NCBI GenBank assembly: GCA_964016885.1 | Contig: OZ024759.1 | Coordinates: forward strand, 4,588,001 to 4,652,000 | Reading direction: 5' to 3' | DNA length: 64,000 bases | Source: Eledone cirrhosa | Lineage: Eukaryota | Part shown: positions 40,303-51,584 of the stretch, one piece after another | Numbering within the stretch: position 1 is the stretch's first letter | Layout: every line of letters begins with the position of its first letter | Translations under genes and position numbers: made by a program | The notes under the pieces: model-generated | The model's input: the letters and a program-made list of their open reading frames with translations, nothing else | Told to the model about the DNA's origin: nothing | The model's database searches: none

Positions 40303-40334
40303 CTGGGTACATTAAATATGAAGAATATAGAAGT

Positions 40335-41460
40335 TAGATGGAATGAGATGTGAAATGTATGTGATATACAATGTATGAGTTGTGAAATGTATGGGATGTG
40401 AAATGTAGGAATATGAAATGTAGTGGGTGTGCAATGTAGGGATGTGAAATGTAGGGATGGGGAATGTAGGAGATGTGAAATGTAGGGATGAGGAATGTAG
40501 GGATGAGGAATGTAGGAGATGTGAAATGTAAGGATGTGAAATGTAGGGATGAGGAATGTAGGAGATGTGAAATGTAGGAGATGTGAAATGTAGGAGATGT
40601 GAAATGTAGTAGATATGAAATGTAAGAGATGTGAAATGTAAGAGATGTGAAATGTAAGAGATGTGAAATGTCGGAGATGTGAAATGTAAGGATGTGAAAT
40701 GTAGGAGATGTGAAGTGTAGGAGATGTGAAGTGTAGGAGATGTGAAATGTAGTAGATGTGAAATGTAAGAGATGTGAAATGTAAGAGATGTGAAATGTAA
40801 GATATGTGAAATGTAAGAGATGTGAAATGTAAGAGATATGAAATGTAAGAGATGTCAAATGTAGGAGATGTGAAATGTAAGGATGTGAAATGTAGGAGAT
40901 GTGAAATGAAAGGATGTGAAATGTAAGAGATGTGAAATGTAGGAGATGTGAAATGTAAGAGATGTGAAATGTAGGAGATGTGAAATGTAGGATATGTGAA
41001 CTGTAAGGATGTGAAATGTAGGAGATGTGAAATGTAGGAGATGTGAAATGTAAGGATGTGAAATGTAGGAGATGTGAAATGTAGGAGATGTGAAATGTAG
41101 GAGATGGAAATGTAAGGATGTGAAATGTAAGAGATGTGAAATGTAGGTGATGTGAAATGTAGGAGATGTGAAATGTAGGAGATGTGAAATGTAAGGATGT
41201 GAAATGTAAGAGATGTGAAATGTAGATGTGAAATGTAAGAGATGTGAAATGTAGGAGATGTGAAATGTAGATGTGAAATGTAAGGGATGTGAAATGTAGG
41301 AGATGTGAAATGTAGGAGATGTGAAATGTAAGGATGTGAAAGGTAAGAGATGTGAAATGTAGGTGATGTGAAATGTAGGATATGTGAAATGTAAAGGTAT
41401 GGATTGTATAATGTGAAATATAGATGTGAATTGTGTGAGATGTGAAATGTAGAGAATGTA
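40335..41460. repeat. 15-16 bp minisatellite (gatgtgaaatgtagga)
   Basis: About 70 units. Confidence 0.96.
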
Positions 41461-41514
41461 CAAAAATAACAGTAAACATCAATAACAACAACAGCAACCA
41501 TCATCAACAACAAT

Positions 41515-43255
41515 AGTGGTGGTGGTGGTGGTGGTGGTGGTGGTAATGGAGGTGGTGGTGGTAGTGGTGGTGCTGGTAGTGGAGGTGGTGGTGGTAGTGG
41601 TGGTGGTGGTCGATGTGGTGGTGGCGGTGGTGGCAGTGGTGGTGGTAGTGGTAGTGGTGGTGGTGGTGGTAGTGGTAGTGGTGGTGGTGGTGGTGGTAGT
41701 GGTGGTAGTGGTGGTGGTGGTAGTGGAGGTGGTGGTGGTAGTGGTGGTGGTAGTGGTGGTGGTGGTGGTGGTAGTGGTGGTAGTGGTGGTGGTGGTGGTA
41801 GTTGAGGTGGTGGTGGTAGTGGTGGTGGTGGTAGTAGAGGTGGTGGTGGTGGAGGTGGTGGTAGTGGAGGTGGTGGTGGTGGTGGTGGTGGTGGTAGTGG
41901 TGGTGGTGGTGGTGTTGGTGGTAGTGGTAGTGGAGGTGGTGGTGGTGGTGGTGGTAGTGGTGGTGGCGGTAGTGGTGGTGGTGGTGGTAGTGGTGGTGGA
42001 GGTGGTGGTAGTGGTGGTGGTGGTGATGGTGGTGGTGTTAGTGGTGGTAGTGGTAGTGGTGGTAGTGGTGGTGGTGGTGGTGGTGGTAGTGGTGGTGGTG
42101 ATGGTGGTGGTAGTGATGGTGGTGGTAGTGGTTGTAGAAATGGCAGTGGTGGTAGTGGTGGTGGTAATGGCAGTCGTGGTAGTGATGGTGATGGTGGTGG
42201 TGGTAGTGGTGGTGGTGGTCGATGTGGTGGTGGTGGTGGTGGCGGTAGTGATGGTGGTGGTAGTGGTTGTAGTAATGGCAGTGGTGGTAGTGGAGGTGGT
42301 GGTGATGGTGGTGGTGGTGGTGGTAGTGGTGGTGGTAGTGGTGGTGGAGGTGGTGGTAGTGGAGGTGGTGGTGGTGGTGGTGGTGGTAGTGGTGGTGGTA
42401 GTGGTGGTGGTGGTGGTGGTGGTGGTGGTAGTGATGGTAGTGGTGGTGGTAGTGGTGGTGGTGGTGGTGGTGTTGGTAGTGGAGGTGGTGGTGGTAGTGG
42501 TGGTGGTGGTAGTAGAGGTGGTGGTGGTGGAGGTGGTGGTGGTGGTGGTGGTGGTGGTGGTTGAGGTGGTAGTGGTGGTAGTGGTGGTGGTAGTGGTCGT
42601 GGTGGTGGTGGTGGTGGTAGTGGTAGTGGTAGTGGAGGTGGTGGTGGTGGTGGTGGTAGCGGTGGTGGAGGTAGTGGTGGTGGTGGTGGTAGTGGTGGAG
42701 GTGGTGGTGGTGATGGAGGTGGTGGTGGTGTTAGTGGTGGTAGTGGTGGTGGTGGTAGTGGTGGTAGTGGTGGTGGTGGTGGTAGTGGTAGTGGTGGTGG
42801 TGGTAGTGGTGGTGGTGGTAGTGGTAGTGGTGGTGGTGGTGGTGATGGTGGTGGTAGTGATGGTGGTGGTAGTGGTTGTAGTAATGGCAGTGGTGGTAGT
42901 GGTGGTGGTAATGGCAGTGGTGGTAGTTGAGGTGATGGTGATGGTGGTGGTGGTAGTGGTGGTGGTGGTCGATGTGGTGGTGGTGGTGGTGGCGGTAGTG
43001 ATGGTGGTGGTAGTGGTTGTAGTAATGGCAGTGGTGGTAGTGGAGGTGGTGGTGATGGTGGTGGTGGTGGTGGTAGTGGTGGTGGTGGTGGTGGTAGTGG
43101 TGGTGGTAGTACAGAGTATGGTGGTGGTGGTGGTGGTGGTTGGTGGTGGTTGTGGAGGTGGTGGGGTTGTGGTGGTGGTTGCAGTGGGAGTTGTGGTGGT
43201 TGATAGTGATGTTGGGTAGTGGTTGTGGTTGTGGTAGTGGTGGTAGTAGTGATGA
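41515..43255. repeat. Imperfect (GGT)n microsatellite, 1.7 kb
   Basis: GGT with AGT/GAT/GGA interruptions; the block gtcgatgtgg...gttgtagtaatggcagt recurs, indicating internal duplication. Confidence 0.97.
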
Positions 43256-43306
43256 TGATGATAATAACAATGATGATATTTATGATGATGATAGTACACC
43301 ACTTAC

Positions 43307-43444
43307 CTGTCTGACAGTTGCCACCTTCATATCCAGGAGCACATCCTCCATTAGAGCAGCTACCAGTCTGTGGCTTACATTTACTCTTGTCAGCACAATG
43401 ACACATGTTTCGACAGTTTGGTCCAAATTTTCCTCTCTTACATC
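43307..43444 (-). CDS. Multi-EGF gene, visible exon 5
   Basis: tag|...|gtaagt; (G)CKRGKFGPNCRNMCHCADKSKCKPQTGSCSNGGCAPGYEGGNCQT. Confidence 0.92.
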
Positions 43445-44805
43445 CTACAAATCAATCAATAACAAATATATATTTTGGTGTGTATTTGTGTGGCCTTGTG
43501 GTAAGGGTGTTGGACTTACAATCATAATGTCGTGAGTTCTATTCCTCAACTAGGTTGTGTGTTGTGTTCTTGAGCAAAAGTATTTCCATTCATGTTGCTC
43601 CAGTATAATAATAATTGTTTCTACTTTTGACACAAGGCCAGCAATTACCCAGTACATTACTGGTACTTTATTTTATCGACCCCGTAAGGATGAAAGGCAA
43701 AGTTAACCTTGGTGGGATTTGAACTCGGATCATAAAGGGACGTAACTCTATGCTTCAAAGCATGGCGTCCGACTCTCTACCAATACTGACAATCCACCGC
43801 TCCAGTATAATAATAATAATAGTGAAATTATTGTGTACAGTGCTCAGGTGCACTATAACTCATCAAAGGTGCATGTAAAGCACATAGAATAATGAACAAA
43901 TGTCAGGAAAATGAACAGTGTATGAGTCATGATAAACATATGTACGTGTGTATGGAGGAGGGATATCAGGTGTAGTGTTGGCGAATTTCAGGAAGCTTGG
44001 AGATCAGTGCCAGTAATAGCTGGTGATTTAACCTTGGGATGGACTGGTGCCCTGTCCAGGGGAAGTTTTGTATTTTAAGTCACTTCATGCCATAGATAGC
44101 ACTGGCCTGATGACCCTCAGCACTCGAGACACACTTTAGACATTTTTTTGTTTTTGTATATTCAACAGCCCAGTCCTTCTAACTGTCGGTAGGTATCACA
44201 CTGAGCAGAGTCCACTGTATTCCCCACACCTGGACAGGATGCTAGTCCATTGCATGGTATTTCACTGCTATATTATTCTATCTACTCCAAAAGTATGACA
44301 GAAAAAGTTGATTTTGGTGGGATTTGAATACCGTTTTAAAAAAGAACTCATAATCACAACCCATTAAAACCTTTAGAATTTAAACCGGCCACAATTCTCT
44401 CACTTCTTTATGTTCAAACCAGCCATAACTGGCTGCTCATACTTATGTTAAGGTATTGTTCTCAAAATAAATAATATCAAAATCTCATAGATTTGATATT
44501 ATGTGAGATAATTATATGAGATAAAGCCTTTACTGTGAAAATATAATAGTGTATATGAAGTAGTGTAAATGCTAAAGGGTTAATCTGTAACTCTACTGCC
44601 CCTGCTACTCACATCTTCCTCATGATGAACATTTAACATTCACTTCCCCTGTAACCAAGAGTGGGATGTGTCAACAGAGACCGACTCAGAACTTAATCGG
44701 AGCTACTGACCTCTCAGATGTTACTGGATACATTTCATCATGACTGAAGAGGACATTCATCCATTTGTCTGGTAGATTTTCTAAAGAAATAGAACTACAA
44801 AAGAG

Positions 44806-46650
44806 CACACACGTGTCTGACAGGTGCTACCTTATAACCAGGACCACACCATCTACTGTAACACACCTGTCTGACAGATGATACCTTATAACCAGGACCA
44901 CACCATCTACTGTAACACACCTGTCTGACAGGTGCTACCTTATAACCAGGACTACACTATCTACTGTAACACACTTGTCTGATAGATGATACCTTATAAC
45001 CAGGACAACACCATCTACTGTAACACACCTGTCTGACAGGTGCTACCTTATAACCAGGATCACACCATCTACTGTAACACACCTGTCTGACAGCTGCTAC
45101 CTTATAACCAGGACCACACCTTCTACTGTAACACACCTGTCTGATAGATGATACCTTATAACCAGGACCACACCATCTACTGTAACACACCTGTCTGACA
45201 GCTGCTACCTTATAACCAGGACTACACTATCTACTGTAACACACTTGTCTGATAGATGATACCTTATAACCAGGACCACACCATCTACTGTAACACACCT
45301 GTCTGACAGCTGCTACCTTATAACCAGGACCACACCATCTACTGTAACACAACTGTCTGACAGGTACTACCATATAACCAGGACCACACCATCTACTGTA
45401 ACACACCTGTCTGACAGCTGCTACCTTATAACCAGGATCACACCATCTACTGTAACACAACTGTCTGACAGGTGCTACCTTATAACCAGGACCACACCAT
45501 CTACTGTAACACACCTGTCTGACAGGTGCTACCTTATAACCAGGATCACACCATCTACTGTAACACACCTGTCTGACAGCTGCTACCATATAACCAGGAC
45601 CACACCATCTACTGTAACACACCTGTCTGACAGGTGCTACATTATAACCAGGACCACACCATCTACTGTAACACACGTGTCTGACAGGTGCTACCTTATA
45701 ACCAGGACCACACCATCTACTGTAACACACCTGTCTGACAGGTGCTACTTTATAACCAGGACCACACCATCTACTGTAACACACCTGTCTGATAGCTGCT
45801 ACCTTATAACCAGGACCACACCATCTACTGTAACACACCTGTCTGACAGGTGCTACCTTATAACCAGGACTTCACCATCTACTGTAACACACCTGTCTGA
45901 CAGGTGCTACCTTATAACCAGGACCACACCATCTACTGTAACACACCTGTCTGATAGATGATACCTTATAACCAGGATCACACCATCTACTGTAACACAC
46001 GTGTCTGACAGGTGCTACCTTATAACCAGGACCACACCATCTACTGTAACACACCTGTCTGACAGGTGCTACCTTATAACCAGGACCACACCATCTACTG
46101 TAACACACCTGTCTGACAGGTGCTACCTTATAACCAGGACTTCACCATCTACTGTAACACACCTGTCTGACAGGTGCTACTTTATAACCAGGACCACACC
46201 ATCTACTGTAACACACCTGTCTGACAGCTGCTACCTTATAACCAGGACCACACCATCTACTGTAACACACCTGTCTGACAGGTGCTACCTTATAACCAGG
46301 ACTTCACCATCTACTGTAACATACCTGTCTGACAGGTGCTACCTTATAACCAGGACCACACCATCTACTGTAACACACCTGTCTGATAGATGATACCTTA
46401 TAACCAGGATCACACCATCTACTGTAACACACGTGTCTGACAGCTGCTACCTTATAACCAGGACCACACCATCTACTGTAACACACCTGTCTGACAGGTG
46501 CTACCTTATAACCAGGACTTCACCATCTACTGTAACACACTTGTCTGACAGGTGCTACCTTATAACCAGGCCACACCATGTACTGTAACACACCTGTCTG
46601 ATAGATGATACCTTATAACCAGGAACACACCTTCCACTGGAACACACACC
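44806..46650 (-). repeat. 54-bp minisatellite derived from an EGF exon copy
   Basis: Unit (minus) cagacaggtgtgttacagtagatggtgtggtcctggttataaggtagcacctgt, about 34 copies, aligning to the last 57 nt of the EGF exons. Confidence 0.95.
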
Positions 46651-46712
46651 TGTCTCTGTCTTACACCTACTATCATCTTGACTAAATATATTAAGTAGCA
46701 AACAAAGCTTAC

Positions 46713-46850
46713 CTGTCTGACAGTTGCTACCTTCATAACCAGCAGTACATCCTCCTCTAGAACACACACCTGTCTGTTTGTTACATTTACTGTTGTCAAC
46801 ACAGTGACATGTGTTGCCACAGTTGGCTCCAAATTTTCCATTTCTACAGA
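46713..46850 (-). CDS. Multi-EGF gene, visible exon 4
   Basis: cag|...|gtaagc; (V)CRNGKFGANCGNTCHCVDNSKCNKQTGVCSRGGCTAGYEGSNCQT. Confidence 0.92.
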
Positions 46851-47099
46851 CTGTGGAAATAAAAATATGAGAACAATGACAATAACAACAACATATAACA
46901 CTATACAAGATAATGCTTTCTGATTTAGGCACAAGGCCAGCAATTTTAGGGGAGGAGAAAATCAATTAAATCGACCCCAGTGTGTGACTGGTACTTCATT
47001 TTATCAACCCTGTTGGGATGAAAGGGATAGCTACCACAATTCTATCATCTATATTATAGCGTTGTCATCTATACTATATCTATATCATCTGAACTATAT

Positions 47100-50000
47100 T
47101 TGTATCATCTTAATTTCCATGTTTCTAACACCCATGGATATGCCTACAAAGTCAGAAAACAGCACAGCTCCCATGACTTTCGGAAACATTTTTTCAAGCT
47201 CCGAGTTGCTGAAGCATGGAACAAACTACCTGCATCAGTTGTTAGCTGTCGAGACACTACATCCTTTAAAACCTCCATGGAACAAACTACCTGCATCAGT
47301 TGTTAGCTGTCGAGACACTACATCCTTTAAAACCTCCATGGAACAAACTACTTGGATCAGTTGTTCGCTGTCGAGACACTACATCCTTTAAAACCTCCAT
47401 GGAACAAACTACCTGCATCAGTTGTTAGCTGTCGAGACACTGCATCCTTTAAAACCTCCATGGAACAAACTACCTGCATCAGTTGTTAGCTGTCGAGACA
47501 GTACATCCTCTAAAACCTCCATGGAACAAACTACCTGCATCAGTTGTTAGCTGTCGAGACACATCCTTTAAAACCTCCATGGAACAAACTACCTGCATCA
47601 GTTGTTAGCTGTCTAGACACTACATCCTTTAAAACCTCCATGGAACAAACTACCTGCATCAGTTGTTAGCTGTCGAGACACTACATCCTTTAAAACCTCC
47701 ATGGAACAAACTACCTGCATCAGTTGTTAGCTGTCGAGACACTACATCCTTTAAAACCTCCATGGAACAAACTACCTGCATCAGTTGTTAGCTGTCGAGA
47801 CACTGCATCCTTTAAAACCTCCATGGAACAAACTACCTGCATCAGTTGTTAGCTGTCGAGACACTACATCCTTTAAAACCTCCATGGAACAAACTACCTG
47901 CATCAGTTGTTAGCTGTCGAGACACTACATCCTTTAAAACCTCCATGGAACAAACTACTTGCATCAGTTGTTAGCTGTTGAGACACTACATCCTTTAAAA
48001 CCTCCATGGAACAAACTACCTGCATCAGTTGTTAGCTGTCGAGACACATCCTTTAAAACCTCCATGGAACAAACTACTTGCATCAGTTGTTAGCTGTCGA
48101 GACACTACATCCTTTAAAACCTCCATGGAACAAACTACCTGCATTAGTTGTTAGCTGTCGAGACACTATATCCTTTAAAACCTCCATGGAACAAACTACC
48201 TGCATCAGTTGTTAGCTGTCGAGACACTGCATCCTTTAAAACCTCCATGGAACAAACTACCTGCATCAGTTGTTAGCTGTCGAGACACATCCTTTAAAAC
48301 CTCCATGGAACAAACTACTTGCATCAGTTGTTAGCTGTCGAGACACTACATCCTTTAAAACCTCCATGGAACAAACTACCTGCATTAGTTGTTAGCTGTC
48401 GAGACACTACATCCTTTAAAACCTCCATGGAAGAAACTACCTGCATCAGTTGTTAGCTGTCGAAATACTACATTCTTTAAAACCTCCATGGAACAAACTA
48501 CTTGCATCAGTTGTTAGCTGTCGAGACACTACATCCTTTAAAACCTCCATGGAACAAACTACCTGCATTAGTTGTTAGCTGTCGAGACACTACATCCTTT
48601 AAAACCTCCATGGAACAAACTACCTGCATCAGTTGTTAGCTGTCGAGACACTACATCCTTTAAAACCTCCATGGAACAAACTACCTGCATCAGTTGTGAG
48701 CTGTCGAGACACTACATCCTTTAAAACCTCCATGGAACAAACTACTTGGATCAGTTGTTCGCTGTCGAGACACTACATCCTTTAAAACCTCCATGGAACA
48801 AACTACCTGCATCAGTTGTTAGCTGTCGAGACACATCCTTTAAAACCTCCATGGAACAAACTACTTGCATCAGTTGTTAGCTGTCGAGACACTACATCCT
48901 TTAAAACCTCCATGGAACAAACTACCTGCATTAGTTGTTAGCTGTCGAGACACTATATCCTTTAAAACCTCCATGGAACAAACTACCTGCATTAGTTGTT
49001 AGCTGTCGAGACACTATATCCTTTAAAACCTCCATGGAACAAACTACCTGCATCAGTTGTTAGCTGTCGAGACACTACATCCTTTAAAACCTCCATGGAA
49101 CAAACTACCTGCATCAGTTGTTAGCTGTCGAGACACTGCATCCTTTAAAACCTCCATGGAACAAACTACCTGCATCAGTTGTTAGCTGTCGAGACACATC
49201 CTTTAAAACCTCCATGGAACAAACTACTTGCATCAGTTGTTAGCTGTCGAGACACTACATCCTTTAAAACCTCCATGGAACAAACTACCTGCATTAGTTG
49301 TTAGCTGTCGAGACACTACATCCTTTAAAACCTCCATGGAAGAAACTACCTGCATCAGTTGTTAGCTGTCGAAATACTACATCCTTTAAAACCTCCATGG
49401 AACAAACTACTTGCATCAGTTGTTAGCTGTCGAGACACTACATCCTTTAAAACCTCCATGGAACAAACTACCTGCATTAGTTGTTAGCTGTCGAGACACT
49501 ACATCCTTTAAAACCTCCATGGAACAAACTACCTGCATCAGTTGTTAGCTGTCGAGACACTACATCCTTTAAAACCTCCATGGAACAAACTACCTGCATC
49601 AGTTGTTAGCTGTCGAGATACATCCTTTAAAACCTCCATGGAACAAACTACTTGCATCAGTTGTTAGCTGTTGAGACACTACATCCTTTAAAACCTCCAT
49701 GGAACAAACTACCTGCATCAGTTGTTAGCTGTCGAGACACTACATCCTTTAAAACCTCCATGGAACAAACTACTTGCATCAGTTGTTAGCTGTTGAGACA
49801 CTACATCCTTTAAAACCTCCATGGAACAAACTACTTGCATCAGTTGTTAGCTGTCGAGACACTACATCCTTTAAAACCTCCATGGAACAAACTTCCTGCA
49901 TCAGTTGTTAGCTGCCGAGACACTGCATCCTTTAAAACCTCCATGGAACAAACTCCCTGAATCAGTTGTTAGCTGTCGAGACACATCCTTTAAAACCTCC

Positions 50001-50485
50001 ATGGAACAAACTCCCTGCATCAGTTGTTAGCTGTCGAGACACTACATCCTTTACAACCTCCATGGAACAAACTCCCTGCATCAGTTGTTAGCTGTCGAGA
50101 CACTACATCCTTTACAACCTCCATGGAACAAACTACCTGCATCAGTTGTTAGCTGTCGAGACACATCCTTTACAACCTCCATGGAACAAACTACCTGCAT
50201 CAGTTGTTAGCTGTCGAGACACTACATCCTTTACAACCTCCATGGAACAAACTCCCTGCATCAGTTGTTAGCTGTCGAGACACTACATCCTTTAAAACCT
50301 CTATGCTTCCTGAGATTCGTCAACGCTGCACCTGATGTCCCCCCCTTCCATACACACGCACACATGTATTTCATGACTCATACACTGTTCCTTTTCTTGA
50401 CATTTAAACATTATTCTATGTACTATACATGCACCTTTGATGAGTTGTAGTGCACCTGAGCATTGTACACAATAATTTCATTATT
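47100..50485 (+). mobile_element. CR1-like LINE/SINE 3' fragment with an internal 61-bp tandem expansion (47215-50300)
   Basis: Left flank reads THGYAYKVRKQH...RKHFFKLRVAEAWNKLP (CR1 ORF2-end-like). Unit catggaacaaactacctgcatcagttgttagctgtcgagacactacatcctttaaaacctc, about 51 copies. The element tail resumes at 50300. An unexpanded copy is at 35405-35670. Confidence 0.92.
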
Positions 50486-51024
50486 ATATTATTTTATACT
50501 CCAGTGGTATGACCTAAACTATATATAATCCATACTATATCTATACAATCTATATGATTTCCGTAACATCGATATTATGTCTATATACTTGCCGATTCTC
50601 TACACTCCATACCAATGTTATACTATATATTCATGTGGCTATGATATCCCCTTTATATTGTAAGCACATAGCTTAGTAGTTAGAGCATTGGCCTTGCAAT
50701 CGAAAGGTTGTGAGTTCAATTCTCAGACCGGGTGATGTGTTGTTTCCTTGAGCAGGACACTTTATTTCACATTGCTCCAGTTTACTCAGTTGTAGAAATG
50801 TGATGATAGGGACTGGAGTCCATTACATTCCACTGCAAAGTGGTCCTGGAGGTGCCACGGCAAAAAACACCCAATATTCACTGTAAATGAGGTTGGTGTT
50901 AGGAGGGGCATCCAGCTGTAGAAATCAAGCCAGAATCAGTTTCCGTCCCACCCTTGTAAGCAGGGAAAAGCAGACGTAAAATGATGATGATGATGATTGT
51001 AACTCCAAAACAGTTTAAATCTAC

Positions 51025-51130
51025 CTGTCTCACAGGTGTTACCTTCATAACCAGCACTACACCCTCCACTAAAACACACACCTGTCTCTGTGTTACACCT
51101 AGCTGTGTGTTACACCTATTGTCATCTTGA
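51025..51130 (-). pseudogene. Intronic half-copy of an EGF exon
   Basis: QDDNRCNT-(17-nt insertion)-ETGVCFSGGCSAGYEGNTCET|gtagat; lacks the first four Cys. Confidence 0.8.
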
Positions 51131-51174
51131 CTCAATATATCATGTTAGAAACAAAGCTATACTACACCACTTAC

Positions 51175-51312
51175 CTGTCTGACAGTTGCTACCTTCAGAA
51201 CCAGCAGTACATCCTCCACTAGAACACACACCTGTCTGTTTGTTACACCTGTTATTATCAGCACAGTGGCATGTGTGTTTACAGTTAGCTCCAAATTTAC
51301 CAATGTCACAGG
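51175..51312 (-). CDS. Multi-EGF gene, visible exon 3
   Basis: cag|...|gtaagt; (A)CDIGKFGANCKHTCHCADNNRCNKQTGVCSSGGCTAGSEGSNCQT. Confidence 0.92.
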
Positions 51313-51584
51313 CTGTAATATGAAATGTAATGTAAACAGTTTGAACAATTTCAAGATATAATATTTACAATTATTAACCTTTTTGATATCAAAATACCTG
51401 ACACCGATTAACTGTTTTACTCTATATATTTATCTAAAAACTTCCCACTATAGTGTTATGTAAGAACTTTTGTTAGGTTATGTTCCATCCAAAATATTAG
51501 TGATGAAAATCTCAGTTATATAACTATAGCCCTTCAAATTCTTCATTATATAAAAATTTGTTTAAAATCGTATGCAATATATTT

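Noticed and set aside
41479-43302. Poly-Val and poly-Thr ORFs as standalone genes
   Set aside because: Frames of a (GGT)n microsatellite with no gene structure.
44738-44775. CTGAAGA-GGACA...TGTCT hammerhead-like start
   Set aside because: GAAA and stems I and III are absent.
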